A stretch of DNA of 64,000 nt from Candidatus Fiminaster equi (GCA_018064745.1 JAGHUR010000011.1:6137-70136); one strand, 5' to 3'. Positions 1-9,873 are shown, counted from the stretch's first letter. Notes: generated by a model from the letters alone, not told the origin. A program made the numbers and translations.

Positions 1-304
1 CAAAGTTTTCAAATGTAACAATTGCATCTGCAAGTTCCATTAAGTATTCTGGAGCACCAGAAATTTCCAACTCTTTTGAATTGATTAGTTCATTTGTAAT
101 TGTTTGTGGATCAATAACATCACCACGATTATATAAACGATAAATTGCACCGAAAATTGCACGGTGATCTGCATTCTCTTCAAAGAAATCATCTTCATCA
201 AGTTTAGCAACAGCTTCTGAAACTTTGCTTGAGGAGCGAATCATTGCACCTAAAACAGCTTTTTCAGCTTCAGTGTTATGTGGTAATTGTTTTTCTTTTG
301 CCAT
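1..304 (-). CDS. dnaB: Replicative DNA helicase DnaB, N-terminal part (gene continues past the window start)
   Basis: Reverse-complement translation from the ATG at 304-302 gives MAKEKQLPHNTEAEKAVLGAMIRSS..., the typical DnaB N-terminus. AGGAGG RBS upstream. Conserved gdpP-rplI-dnaB order. Confidence 0.8.
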   Translation of the reverse strand, partial: MAKEKQLPHNTEAEKAVLGAMIRSSSKVSEAVAKLDEDDFFEENADHRAIFGAIYRLYNRGDVIDPQTITNELINSKELEISGAPEYLMELADAIVTFENF

Positions 305-315
305 CTTCTCTCCTC

Positions 316-765
316 CTATTTTTTCTCGTTAACATGAACTGTAACAGTTCCGATAATTCCCTTGTATAATTCAATTTTTAATTTGCTGTAACCGAAATGA
401 TCAACAGCCATTTTTTCAACGAATTTCCTTTTATCAATTTCAATGCCGTGTTTGGCTTTGAGTTCTTCTTCAATTTGTTTGGTTGAGATGGTTCCAAACA
501 TTCTTCCATCACCGCTTCCTTTAGCTTCAAATTCGACAGTGATTTTTTCTAATTTAGCCGCGATTTCACGGGCATTTTGCTTCATTTTCTCAATATTTTC
601 GGCTTCAGCTTTCTTTTGTTCACCAAGAATTTCTAGAGCCTTATCGGATTGCATAATCGCAAGTCCGTGAGGAATTAAATAGTTGGATGCGTAACCATCT
701 TTTACGTTAACAATTTCTGACTTTTTGCCAACGCCTTTTACATCTTTAAGCATAATAACTTTCAT
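316..765 (-). CDS. rplI: 50S ribosomal protein L9
   Basis: 149 aa, [32 protein letters not shown]... L9 signature. GGAGG RBS. Lies between gdpP and dnaB. Confidence 0.93.
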   Translation of the reverse strand: MKVIMLKDVKGVGKKSEIVNVKDGYASNYLIPHGLAIMQSDKALEILGEQKKAEAENIEKMKQNAREIAAKLEKITVEFEAKGSGDGRMFGTISTKQIEEELKAKHGIEIDKRKFVEKMAVDHFGYSKLKIELYKGIIGTVTVHVNEKK

Positions 766-776
766 GGCTTTTCCTC

Positions 777-2783
777 CTAAATAATTCTGGCATCATTGAG
801 GTAGTCGGTTAAGACATTGAGAAGTCTAGTTTCAACTTGCACAAGTGTCATCTTCTTGAATGTACAAGCTGCTTGAGTGAAGTGACCACCACCATTGAGC
901 TTTTCTGCAAGTAATTGAACATTGATTGTTCCATCACTACGGCAAGAAATACGTGTTTCATCAACACCAGTTCTACCAATAACGAAACAAGCATTAACGC
1001 CTTTCATTTGCATACATTGGTTCGCAACCTTAGCAAGCGTAGCTTGTTCAATAATGTCATCTTCATCAGCCATACAATAAACAACACCATAGTGTGGAGT
1101 TCGTGTGGTTGAAATAATTCTTGTGATAAGAGCGAATTCTTCGAATTCATCTTTTAAGAAATCATCAGCTTTTGCGTTATCAGCACCATATTCTTTAAGA
1201 GCCATTGATGCTTCAAATGTACGAGTACCAACTGTAGTTGCCTTATAGAAGTTGGAGTCCATAAAGATACCAGAAAGCATAATTGTTGCATATTCTGATG
1301 GAATCATAATTCTTGGGTTTGCAGATGAATAGCTAACAAGTTCTGCAACCATTTCAGATGCAGAAGAAGCGGATGAGTCAATATGAGAGAAGACCGGGGT
1401 TTCAATAAAGTCTTCACCACGTCTATGGTGATCGATAATCATAATCTTATTAGCTTTTTCAATTACCTTTGGTGCAACTGTCATATTTGCTTTATGAACG
1501 TCACAAACAACAACTAAGGTGTTGGTTTTTAGTTTATCTAAAGCTTGAGCTTGAGTAACAAAAATCTTTTCCATCTCTTCTTTAGAGAAGCTTGAAATAA
1601 TTGCACCTTTAGTTTTTCTTTCGGTGCTCTTTGGTTCATAAATAACTTGTGCTGGTTTGTGACAATAGTCACACATTGCTTTAACACCCAAACATGCGCC
1701 TAACGAGTCCATATCGGTCATTGCGTGACCCATAATGATAATGTTCGATGAATTACGAATAAGTGATAGGACTGAGTCAGCCATAACACGAACTTTAACT
1801 TTGTTACGGTTTTCTTGAGCTTCTGATTTACCGCCAAAGAAGACTAAGTCTTGTCCGTATTGAGAAACAACAACTTGGTCACCACCACGAGACATAGCAA
1901 TTTCGATAGCGGCACTTGCCATATCATTAAGTTTGACTACGTCAGGGAAATCATAAGCAATACCAATTGATAAGGTTGGTGGAATTTCTTCGTTTTCTGA
2001 AATAGTGTGAATCTTATCAAGAAGTGAAAACTTATCAGCAATCATCTTCTCTAAAGATTCGTGGTTACAAAGTAAGAAGTATGCATCACTTCTAACTCTT
2101 CTAAGAAGAACTTGGTTATCTCTTCCATAGTCAAGAATGATGTTTCTTACTTTTGAGACAATATCAGAGTTTTCGTCCGCAGATCCTGAAATATCCGCAT
2201 AGTTATCTATAATAATTTGCCCACAAACTGTAGCTTGACGTTTTGAGAATGCTGAAACTGTTTCGTAGTCTGTTACATCTCTAAAGATGTATAAGCCAGC
2301 ATCTTTAAGTAATTTAACTTCGTAGTTACGGGAGTTAATATTAAGTTTCACTAAAGTGTTAATGCCACCATCAATAAGTTCTTGTAAAGATGGTTGCCAC
2401 TCTAAAATATTTTCGTCTAAAATTTCGATTTTTCTTTCATTAAACAAATCGTTAACCCAAATAACAGTGTTAGTTTCATTTACAACCGCAAGACCAATCA
2501 TACCAAAGTTGTATGCTTCTTGAATGTCGCTTCCGATTAAATCTGCAGCCCTTAAGTCACTTTGTTGTCTAATCTTTGAGAATCTGAAAATAAGAGCCCA
2601 ACAGAAGACAATATCAAAGATAACAACGGCACCTAATATTGAAAATATTATTTCGGAAGAAAATATCTCTTTAAAATTGAAGAAATTAAGTCCATAAGAG
2701 ATGCCTAAAAAGGCAATACCTGCCATCTCTATAAAGACTACAATAAATGCGAATATTTTCGTTTTGAATAACTTTGTTTTCAT
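777..2783 (-). CDS. gdpP: Cyclic-di-AMP phosphodiesterase GdpP (YybT): two N-terminal TM helices, PAS/GGDEF-like region, DHH/DHHA1
   Basis: 668 aa. DHH motif ([16 protein letters not shown]) and DHHA1 GGGH ([10 protein letters not shown]). Two TM segments at the N-terminus. Synteny with rplI-dnaB. Confidence 0.88.
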   Translation of the reverse strand: MKTKLFKTKIFAFIVVFIEMAGIAFLGISYGLNFFNFKEIFSSEIIFSILGAVVIFDIVFCWALIFRFSKIRQQSDLRAADLIGSDIQEAYNFGMIGLAVVNETNTVIWVNDLFNERKIEILDENILEWQPSLQELIDGGINTLVKLNINSRNYEVKLLKDAGLYIFRDVTDYETVSAFSKRQATVCGQIIIDNYADISGSADENSDIVSKVRNIILDYGRDNQVLLRRVRSDAYFLLCNHESLEKMIADKFSLLDKIHTISENEEIPPTLSIGIAYDFPDVVKLNDMASAAIEIAMSRGGDQVVVSQYGQDLVFFGGKSEAQENRNKVKVRVMADSVLSLIRNSSNIIIMGHAMTDMDSLGACLGVKAMCDYCHKPAQVIYEPKSTERKTKGAIISSFSKEEMEKIFVTQAQALDKLKTNTLVVVCDVHKANMTVAPKVIEKANKIMIIDHHRRGEDFIETPVFSHIDSSASSASEMVAELVSYSSANPRIMIPSEYATIMLSGIFMDSNFYKATTVGTRTFEASMALKEYGADNAKADDFLKDEFEEFALITRIISTTRTPHYGVVYCMADEDDIIEQATLAKVANQCMQMKGVNACFVIGRTGVDETRISCRSDGTINVQLLAEKLNGGGHFTQAACTFKKMTLVQVETRLLNVLTDYLNDARII

Positions 2784-2933
2784 AATGTGCCTTATATTAT
2801 ATCAAACTTAGTGGTCAAAAAGTTATAAAAAATAAACTTTTTAATTAATAAGTATGAGTCTATATGTATTTTTAACTTTATTCTTTAGGATTTTATGGAT
2901 AAAATGTAGACACCTTGAAAGGAAAAACAAAAT

Positions 2934-3752
2934 ATGAAAGTTAGAAGTTTATTATTTGTTGGTTTAGCAGGCGTAGCTTTATCAAGCTGTGGTGGCTTAA
3001 AAAGTTATAAAACTGAAGTAAAAATGAAAACATTTATTGAGGAATTAGAAAGATTAGAAGGAAAATCTCCTCTTATTTCTGAAAATCCATATTCATTTGT
3101 TTTTGAAAGTTCTCAAGAAGAAGGATATAAAATCATCAACATGCAAAACAATAAGGAACTCAGCAAAGCTGAAGAAAAAGAAAAGTCAGAATATAAAGTT
3201 AAATTTGACTCAGTAAATTGCGTTATGGCTTATGAAGCAGAGTCAACTTCTTCTTACAAAGATCCTTCAAAAGAAGAAAAAGATGAATATTCATATGACC
3301 GCGTCTACCAAAAAGATAATAAAAATTGGTATCACATCGACAAGAACGCTGACACTTATGTAAAAGAAGAAAGTTCTGATTCAGAAAAATATGTTGGAAG
3401 TGTTGCAATGTCACAAGCTTATAGCTTAATCAACGCTTTTGAAAGCCACGTTATGCAAATTGGAGATGAAGGAAAATACTACATTGATGATAATGTTTAC
3501 ACTGTTGTTTTAGATTCAACTGACGAAAACACATCAAGAACAAAACACATCAAAACCATTTGCCAACTTACAGTAAATGACGACAGCTATGAATACTATT
3601 GTTCAGACACTACTGAAATTACTGAATTACATCGCAAAGACATCGATACAGATGTAATCAAAGGCAAACTTACAAAGAAATCAGTTATATTAGATCCAAT
3701 TGATCTTCATAGCTACTTAGAAGTTAAAGATCTTGACTTCCCAGCATTCTAA
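2934..3752 (+). CDS. Hypothetical acidic lipoprotein
   Basis: Signal peptide with lipobox (LAGVALSSC-GG). 272 aa, rich in Glu/Lys/Asp/Tyr. No recognisable catalytic motif. Confidence 0.55.
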   Translation: MKVRSLLFVGLAGVALSSCGGLKSYKTEVKMKTFIEELERLEGKSPLISENPYSFVFESSQEEGYKIINMQNNKELSKAEEKEKSEYKVKFDSVNCVMAYEAESTSSYKDPSKEEKDEYSYDRVYQKDNKNWYHIDKNADTYVKEESSDSEKYVGSVAMSQAYSLINAFESHVMQIGDEGKYYIDDNVYTVVLDSTDENTSRTKHIKTICQLTVNDDSYEYYCSDTTEITELHRKDIDTDVIKGKLTKKSVILDPIDLHSYLEVKDLDFPAF

Positions 3753-3760
3753 AAATAAAG

Positions 3761-3786
3761 CCTCTCAAACGAGAGGTTTTTATGTA
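3761..3786 (+). terminator. Rho-independent terminator of the lipoprotein gene
   Basis: Hairpin cctctc-aaac-gagagg followed by ttttta. Confidence 0.7.
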
Positions 3787-3790
3787 TAAA

Positions 3791-3818
3791 AAAAGCACTC
3801 ATAATGAGTGCTTTTAAT
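3791..3818 (-). terminator. Rho-independent terminator of the rpsF-ssb-rpsR operon
   Basis: Hairpin agcactcat-aat-gagtgct. On the minus strand it is followed by a U-tract (plus-strand tataaaaaaa). Confidence 0.65.
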
Positions 3819-3828
3819 TTGATTTAAA

Positions 3829-4056
3829 TTAGTCTTGAACGTATGGTAATAAAGCCATGAAACGTGCATTCTTAATTGCTCTTGCAACTTCTCTTTGGTG
3901 CTTTGCACAAGTACCAGTGGAATGGCGTGATGCGATTTTACCATTTGGAGTAATGTACTTACTTAATGTTTCGACATCTTTATAATCAATGTATGCAACT
4001 TTGTTTTTGCAGAAGTTGCAGACCTTTTTGTGTGGTCTAACTTTTTTGAATCCCAT
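3829..4056 (-). CDS. rpsR: 30S ribosomal protein S18
   Basis: 75 aa, ...[20 protein letters not shown]... S18 signature. rpsF-ssb-rpsR operon. Confidence 0.93.
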   Translation of the reverse strand: MGFKKVRPHKKVCNFCKNKVAYIDYKDVETLSKYITPNGKIASRHSTGTCAKHQREVARAIKNARFMALLPYVQD

Positions 4057-4076
4057 TTTGATTTTTCCTTTCTAAA

Positions 4077-4511
4077 TTAGAACGGAAGATCATCGTCAGT
4101 GACATCGATTGAGTCTAAATTCTTTGATTCCTCAACTGGTACAGCTGGTTCATCATCAAAGATGATTTCTTCATTTGGAATTTCTCTTGAACCTTTTGGT
4201 TCTAAGAACTCAACGTGATTGGCGATAACTTCAATGACTGAAGCTTTTGTTCCGTCTTTTCTTAAATAGGTGCGTTGACGAATACGTCCATCAACACCTA
4301 CAAGTGCTCCTTTTCTTAAGAATTTTGCAACATTGTCAGCTTGTTTATCCCAAACGGTAACACCAATAAATGTTGTTGTTTTTTCGCCGTTGGCATCTTT
4401 CATTGTATCATCAACTGCAATAGTAAATGATGCAACTGCTGTGTCTCCTGTTGTTCTTCTTAATTCAGGATCTCTGGTAAGTCTACCAGTTAAAACGATT
4501 CGATTTAACAT
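4077..4511 (-). CDS. ssb: Single-stranded DNA-binding protein
   Basis: 144 aa. OB-fold N-terminus MLNRIVLTGRLTRDPELR and acidic C-terminal tail ...DDDLPF. Confidence 0.93.
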   Translation of the reverse strand: MLNRIVLTGRLTRDPELRRTTGDTAVASFTIAVDDTMKDANGEKTTTFIGVTVWDKQADNVAKFLRKGALVGVDGRIRQRTYLRKDGTKASVIEVIANHVEFLEPKGSREIPNEEIIFDDEPAVPVEESKNLDSIDVTDDDLPF

Positions 4512-4530
4512 AAATGTTAATCCCCCTTAA

Positions 4531-4818
4531 TTAGTCATTATCGACAGTAAATAAGTGACGTACAACATTTTGATCAATTTTTGCTAAACGAGAGAATTCG
4601 TTTAAAGCAGCTTCGTCAGCAGTGAGTTTAAGAACTACATAATAGCCTTTTGTTTGCTTATTGATTGGATAAGCAAAATCTCTTAAACCCCATTCTTTAA
4701 CATCGCCGAGCTTTGCTCCGTTAGATGTAAGAATTCCGTGAAGTTTTTCGATTTCAGCCTTCCTTGCAGCTTCATCGAGTCCGTCTTTCACGATGTACAT
4801 GAGTTCGTACTTTTTCAT
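4531..4818 (-). CDS. rpsF: 30S ribosomal protein S6
   Basis: 95 aa, MKKYELMYIV... S6 signature. GGGAGG RBS. Confidence 0.92.
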   Translation of the reverse strand: MKKYELMYIVKDGLDEAARKAEIEKLHGILTSNGAKLGDVKEWGLRDFAYPINKQTKGYYVVLKLTADEAALNEFSRLAKIDQNVVRHLFTVDND

Positions 4819-4910
4819 ATTCTTTTACCTCCCTTTGGTCTTCTGGCTGACATCTTCTGTCAGCAGAGAGAAACGCTTTCGCGTAGGTATATTATACACA
4901 AGACGTTTGC
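4819..4910 (-). promoter_or_regulatory. rpsF operon promoter (TTGTAT-17-TATAAT with TGTG at -16) and structured 5' leader
   Basis: Minus strand reads TTGTATacacacgcaaacgtcttgTGTATAATa, then a leader with hairpin GCTGACAgaagaTGTCAGC, then GGGAGG and ATG. Resembles the S6:S18-binding rpsF leader described in Firmicutes (inference). Confidence 0.45.
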
Positions 4911-5114
4911 GTGTGTATACAAAAATATGTTGGTTAGTAAATTATTGGAATTTTTTACATATATTAAAAATACCTGGGTAATACGTTAAATATGTTGTTT
5001 ATATATTATTAATATATGTAACGTATATCCCCCCTATTGTAAGCTATTAAACAGTATGATAAATTATGTTCGCCAATTTAAGAGATTGGATAGTTTAGAA
5101 GGAGGAACAAGCCC

Positions 5115-5237
5115 ATGACTAAATGTGTGGGAATTCACAGGCATTTAGTCGGAAAGGGGGTTTCCACTAATGGAGGCACTCCTGGTGCTATTTCTTGTTT
5201 TAGTAATGGTCAAGTTGCTTTTCAAGGAATAGCCTGA
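5115..5237 (+). CDS. Candidate small protein (40 aa) MTKCVGIHRHLVGKGVSTNGGTPGAISCFSNGQVAFQGIA, no recognisable family
   Basis: AAGGAGGAA RBS 9 nt upstream of the ATG. Candidate promoter TTGTAA-17-TAAATT at about 5037-5065. Followed by a strong terminator at 5266-5297. Too short for the ORF track. Confidence 0.4.
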   Translation: MTKCVGIHRHLVGKGVSTNGGTPGAISCFSNGQVAFQGIA

Positions 5238-5265
5238 CTTGCTTGTGAATCCCAATAAACGAAGA

Positions 5266-5300
5266 AAAGAGACCGGCGGCAACCGGTCTCTTTTTAGAAT
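5266..5300. terminator. Bidirectional rho-independent terminator (lysS on minus; small ORF on plus)
   Basis: gagaccgg-cggcaa-ccggtctc GC-rich hairpin with a T-tract on both sides. Confidence 0.8.
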
Positions 5301-5361
5301 TGCTTGACTTGCTTGTAATTCCTACTTATATGATACACTACTGAAATAAAATTTCAATATG

Positions 5362-6852
5362 TTATTTGCCTGAATCCTTCATGCATGGGAAGAGAAGAAC
5401 TTCTCTGATGGATGTTTGATTAGTCATAAGCATGACGAATCTATCGATTCCGATACCGATACCGCCTGTTGGAGGCATACCGTATTCAAGAGCTTCAAGG
5501 AAGTCTTCATCCATTTCAGACGCTTCTTCATCACCTGCAGCTTTAGCTTCAAGTTGTTTTACCAAACGTTCTTTTTGGTCTAGTGGATCATTAAGTTCGC
5601 TATAAGCGTTTCCATATTCCATTCCACCAATAAAGAGTTCAAATCTATCTGTGAACATTGGGTTGTCTTTGCACTTTTTGGTGAGCGGTGAAACTTCAAT
5701 TGGGTATTCATGGACGAATGTTGGTGTTTGAAGTAAATCATCACATTTTTCTTCAAAGAATGCATTGAGAATGTAGCCAACACTGTTCCAGTGTTTTTCA
5801 AGTTTGATGCCGTTATCTTTTGCAAGTTTAACAGCTTCTTCCATAGTAGTAACTTTGTTAAAGTCGATTCCTGTAGCTTCCAAAACACATTCTTTCATTG
5901 TCTTCCAACCAAATGGTTTTCCAAGATCTAATGTACCTTCACCATAAGGAATTGTGGTTGTGCCGTGAATCTTCATAGCGACTTCTTTGAAGAGGTTTTC
6001 TGCAAAGTGTCTCATATCTTGAAGATCACCATAAGCTTGATAAAGTTCAATTGTTGTGAATTCTGGATTGTGTTTTGTGTCCATTCCTTCGTTACGGAAT
6101 AAACGACCAATTTCATAAACTTTTTCCATACCACCAACGATACATTTCTTTAAAGAAATTTCGGTAGCAATACGAAGATAAAAATCCTTATCTAATGTAT
6201 TGTGATGAGTAACGAATGGTCTTGCTGCAGCACCGCCTAAAATTGGAGAAAGAATACTTGTCTCAACTTCGGTAAATCCAAGGCTATCACAGTAGTCTTG
6301 AATTGCACGAATAATTTTTGGTCTTGCTAAGGCAATTTTCATTGAATCATCATTCATAATTAGGTCAACATAACGGTGACGATATCTTTCTTCAACGTCA
6401 GTTAAACCATGGAATTTTTCAGGTAATGGACGAAGTGATTTTGTGAGGTGTGTGAATTTAGAAACTTTGATGGTCATTTCTCCTGTTTGAGAGAACATAA
6501 TGTGACCTTCAACACCACAAATATCGCCAATATCTGAAAGTTTAAATACTGAGTAATTTTCTTCACCTAAATAATCGATGCCTAACCAGCATTGAATGTT
6601 GCCAGTAACATCTTTGATGTTCATAAAGGCTGCTTTACCCATTTTACGTAAAGCCATAATACGTCCAGCAACTTTAACTTCTACTGGATTTGCTTGTAAT
6701 TCTTCGTTTGTTTTTCCGGCGCATTTTTCGCGAACTTCTTTGATTGAACTTGAGCGTTCAAATTTTTGTCCAAATGGTTCTACACCGAACTCTTCGTAAC
6801 GTGGAAGTTTGTCTCTTCTTGCACGTTCTTGATCTGTTAATTTACGTTCCAT
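5362..6852 (-). CDS. lysS: Lysine--tRNA ligase (class II)
   Basis: Class II aaRS motifs (FRNEGMDTKHNPEFT, GGIGIGIDR). Likely start MERKLTDQERARRDKLPRYEE at 6852 with GAGG RBS. The ORF track extends it 15 codons upstream to 6897. Confidence 0.92.
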   Translation of the reverse strand: MERKLTDQERARRDKLPRYEEFGVEPFGQKFERSSSIKEVREKCAGKTNEELQANPVEVKVAGRIMALRKMGKAAFMNIKDVTGNIQCWLGIDYLGEENYSVFKLSDIGDICGVEGHIMFSQTGEMTIKVSKFTHLTKSLRPLPEKFHGLTDVEERYRHRYVDLIMNDDSMKIALARPKIIRAIQDYCDSLGFTEVETSILSPILGGAAARPFVTHHNTLDKDFYLRIATEISLKKCIVGGMEKVYEIGRLFRNEGMDTKHNPEFTTIELYQAYGDLQDMRHFAENLFKEVAMKIHGTTTIPYGEGTLDLGKPFGWKTMKECVLEATGIDFNKVTTMEEAVKLAKDNGIKLEKHWNSVGYILNAFFEEKCDDLLQTPTFVHEYPIEVSPLTKKCKDNPMFTDRFELFIGGMEYGNAYSELNDPLDQKERLVKQLEAKAAGDEEASEMDEDFLEALEYGMPPTGGIGIGIDRFVMLMTNQTSIREVLLFPCMKDSGK

Positions 6853-7055
6853 TGTTAAAAACCTCGCTAATGAGTATAACAAAAACTTATATTGCAAGCA
6901 ATTAAGTTATTGCTAATCGCACTTTTTTGGTTTTTCAAAAACAAGAAAGTTGCTGAAAATTATATCGAGTTTTGGTTATCAATAAATCCTGATTTTATTA
7001 TATAATTTTCACTTTTATGTTGTGCTAACGCGTCACGTGATTTAAAATTTAGCGT

Positions 7056-8444
7056 ATGAAACCTGTAAAAATAGCGTTCATTTCGATTGTTGGAGCACTT
7101 TGCATAACACCGCTTGTGACTTTCACAATTTTTGGTTCGAAAGAAAAAGAGATGAATAGTGAATCAGTAGTGGTTAGAGAAAAATTAACTGCTGAAACCT
7201 GGTTTAATTCGAAGTTTCAAGCATCTTTTGAAGAATGGTGGTCAACTCACTTTCCAGGTAGAACTGGTCTAGTTAGTGCATACAATTCATTGCATTATCA
7301 AATCGAAAGCTCATCGGTTTTAGCAGCAATTGTTGATTTCTTAAGTGGCAACCTTTTTAGCAACAACGTCGACAGAACAAAAGAGTACCCGGAATACTAT
7401 TTTGCTGAAGACAACATTTTTGCCGAAATGAACAAAGTTGTTGCACAGCAAAATTTATCAATTCAGCCGAGTTTTCACGGGAATAATGGCATAATTGTGG
7501 GTAAAAGTGGGTACCTTTACTCTAAAGAATATGTTGACGAATATTACGGTTATTCTCCATCAAATGCAGTAGATGTAGCAGGAATTAATAAGACAATTGA
7601 TGAGATAAAATACATCCAAACAGAACTCAAAAAGATGGGAACCGAAGTTATTTTTGTTATTAGTCCGAACAAGGCTGCAGAAATGGCGGAGTTTGTTCCA
7701 GAATATTACAAAAATGCAAATACCCCATTAGAAAATTACAAACGTCACGTTGAATATTTAAAGGAAGGATTCGTAACTAATGGCGTCAATTTTATTGATA
7801 GCTCACAAGTCTTTAAAGATGTCGGGCTTTTAAACATCTTCCCAAAAACCGGAATTCACTGGAATTATGTTGCAGCATCCGAAGTTGTCTCATTTCTTCT
7901 AAAGAAGTATGAAGTTATTTCAAACACAGAATCTAGACAATTGACAGTGAAATGGGTTAATCAATCTAAGAACCCATACAACATCGGCAATGCCGAACAA
8001 GACATTTATGACATTCTTTATGGATCAATTCCTGAACACAAAAAAGACAGTATTGTGGATGATTATTATTACACGCCGGTATTAGAAACAACCAAAAAAG
8101 ACAAACCAAAACTTAAAGTTTTGATGCAAGGAGACTCTTTCTTAAATCCGTTCAGGGATTGTTTAGCTGATCATGAGATTGCAGATTTAACTTACATGTA
8201 TTACTACGGTGGTAGTTTATTTGAACAACACCCTGAACAAGATGTTTGGAAAAATGGTCCTGGAGCTTGGGAATCTTTGTTACAAAATAGGGATCTTCTA
8301 ATACTAGAAGCTAATGAACAACTTATTAGAAGCAAACACTATGAAGGTTCAAACTGGCTTGAATCTAGAGATCAGGATAAATATTGTCATAACTCAGTAT
8401 ATGACTCATTATATGCTTATTTGAAAGGCAAGGAAGGAAAGTAA
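7056..8444 (+). CDS. DltD/AlgJ-like (DHHW/SGNH-type) membrane-anchored acyl-transfer protein, partner of the adjacent MBOAT
   Basis: N-terminal TM anchor. KTGIHWNY motif resembling the DHHW/AlgJ signature. Immediately followed by an MBOAT gene. Confidence 0.55.
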   Translation: MKPVKIAFISIVGALCITPLVTFTIFGSKEKEMNSESVVVREKLTAETWFNSKFQASFEEWWSTHFPGRTGLVSAYNSLHYQIESSSVLAAIVDFLSGNLFSNNVDRTKEYPEYYFAEDNIFAEMNKVVAQQNLSIQPSFHGNNGIIVGKSGYLYSKEYVDEYYGYSPSNAVDVAGINKTIDEIKYIQTELKKMGTEVIFVISPNKAAEMAEFVPEYYKNANTPLENYKRHVEYLKEGFVTNGVNFIDSSQVFKDVGLLNIFPKTGIHWNYVAASEVVSFLLKKYEVISNTESRQLTVKWVNQSKNPYNIGNAEQDIYDILYGSIPEHKKDSIVDDYYYTPVLETTKKDKPKLKVLMQGDSFLNPFRDCLADHEIADLTYMYYYGGSLFEQHPEQDVWKNGPGAWESLLQNRDLLILEANEQLIRSKHYEGSNWLESRDQDKYCHNSVYDSLYAYLKGKEGK

Positions 8445-8445
8445 A

Positions 8446-9873
8446 ATGGTATTTTCTTCTTTGGTTTTCTTACTAATATTCCTACCCGTCACTCTAGTGA
8501 TTTATTTTGTTATTCCAAAAAGGTTTATTACTGCAAAAAACATTGTATTGCTGATAGCTTCTTTGCTTTTCTATTCATGGGGCGAACCTAAAGCTATTTT
8601 ACTGATGGTTGCCTCAATTGCAGTTAACTACGTCTTTGGAATTTTGTTAAGTAAATTTGAATCGAAAACCAAAAGAAGAATTATTTTAATTTCATCATTG
8701 GTGTTTAACTTAGGAATGCTTTTCTTCTTCAAATACTTCAATTTTGTAACCGGAAATCGCTTCAAAAACATCGCACTTCCTATAGGAATTTCTTTCTACA
8801 CATTCCAAATTATGTCTTACGTAATTGATGTGTATAGAAAAGGTTGTTCGACACAAAAGAATATTGTTAAGTTGGCATTATATATTTCATTCTTCCCTCA
8901 ACTAATTGCAGGGCCAATTGTTAGATACACCGATATCGAAAAAGAATTAACAGAAAGAGAAACTAAACTTGATGATGTCTTCTATGGAGCACAAAGGTTT
9001 ATTCTTGGACTTTCAAAGAAGGTAATTATTTCAAACTGTGTTGCAGTCATTGCAGACCAAATTTTTGATAAATACCAAATGCAACTTTCTGTAAGCGGAG
9101 GTGCTGCTACCTTGCCTATGTTCGTGGCGTGGTTGGGTGTCATTGCTTACGCAATTCAGTTATTCTTTGACTTCTCTGGTTATTCGGATATGGCAATTGG
9201 CCTTGGTAAAATCTTTGGCTTTAAATTCCCTGAAAACTTCAACTATCCATACGCTGCAACATCCATCCAAGATTTCTGGAGAAGATGGCACATTACTCTT
9301 TCAACATGGTTTAAAGAATACCTTTACATCCCACTAGGTGGTAATAGAAAAGGAAAAGTTAGAACAATAATCAATCTACTAATTGTTTTCGCATTAACTG
9401 GCTTATGGCATGGCGCGTCGTGGACATTTATAGTGTGGGGCTTGTACCACGGATTTTTCATTGTTATCGAACGTATTGGATTCAAAAAAGTTCTTGATAA
9501 ATTACCAAAATTTGTTGGTAGAATTTACACAATTTTTGTAGTTTTAATTGGCTGGGTAATCTTTAGATCACCAGATATGACTTTTGCAGTTAAATACATT
9601 GGTTCATTATTTAATTTTGCAAGACCAGGTTGGACAAACGCCATGGGTATATTTAATACAGACGTCGGAAAATACTCATTAATAATTTTATTATTAGGAA
9701 TTATCTTTTCATTTCCACTTGTGCCAAAAATTAAAAAAGCAATTGAGAACAAGAAGTATGGACTTAATGTTTTAACAATTGCTAGTAGTATTCTAGGAAT
9801 TTTATTACTTGTTTATGCAGTTATGTGCTTAGCAAGTTCTAAATACAACCCATTTATTTATTTCAGATTTTAA
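8446..9873 (+). CDS. Membrane-bound O-acyltransferase (MBOAT; AlgI/DltB/PatA family)
   Basis: 475 aa, polytopic. MBOAT signature region with conserved His (GLWHGASWTFIVWGLYHG). Close to the DltD-like gene (1-nt intergenic). Confidence 0.8.
   Translation: MVFSSLVFLLIFLPVTLVIYFVIPKRFITAKNIVLLIASLLFYSWGEPKAILLMVASIAVNYVFGILLSKFESKTKRRIILISSLVFNLGMLFFFKYFNFVTGNRFKNIALPIGISFYTFQIMSYVIDVYRKGCSTQKNIVKLALYISFFPQLIAGPIVRYTDIEKELTERETKLDDVFYGAQRFILGLSKKVIISNCVAVIADQIFDKYQMQLSVSGGAATLPMFVAWLGVIAYAIQLFFDFSGYSDMAIGLGKIFGFKFPENFNYPYAATSIQDFWRRWHITLSTWFKEYLYIPLGGNRKGKVRTIINLLIVFALTGLWHGASWTFIVWGLYHGFFIVIERIGFKKVLDKLPKFVGRIYTIFVVLIGWVIFRSPDMTFAVKYIGSLFNFARPGWTNAMGIFNTDVGKYSLIILLLGIIFSFPLVPKIKKAIENKKYGLNVLTIASSILGILLLVYAVMCLASSKYNPFIYFRF

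Noticed and set aside
443-670. Plus-strand 75-aa ORF, and many similar 60-110-aa ORFs listed in the track (e.g. 915..1112, 3223..3414, 4333..4530, 5580..5888, 9101..9337, 16983..17192, 22274..22555, 37385..37675, 54985..55242)
   Set aside because: Each lies entirely inside, and antisense or out of frame to, a long well-supported conserved gene (rplI, gdpP, ssb, lysS, MBOAT, mfd, ppdK, gyrB, tldD). They have low-complexity or skewed composition and no RBS. They are shadow ORFs.
4890-4925. Recurring GTGTGTATA(A/C)T motif near several gene starts (rpsF, ppdK, rpmH, P-type ATPase)
   Set aside because: On inspection each instance is simply a sigma-A -10 hexamer preceded by the Firmicutes -16 TRTG element (TGTG-TATAAT / TATACT), always about 17 bp from a -35-like hexamer. 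This is promoter architecture, not a novel regulatory motif.
5095-5260. Tested the region as tmRNA, SRP RNA, RNase P RNA or tRNA
   Set aside because: No tmRNA tag-coding or CCA-acceptor features, no SRP domain IV, no RNase P conserved regions, no T-loop GTTCGAATC. The SRP RNA was found instead at 44355-44436. Kept as a candidate small ORF/unknown RNA.
7032-7039. Palindrome TCACGTGA upstream of the DltD-like gene
   Set aside because: 8-bp palindromes are expected many times by chance in 64 kb. No second copy or flanking half-site was seen.
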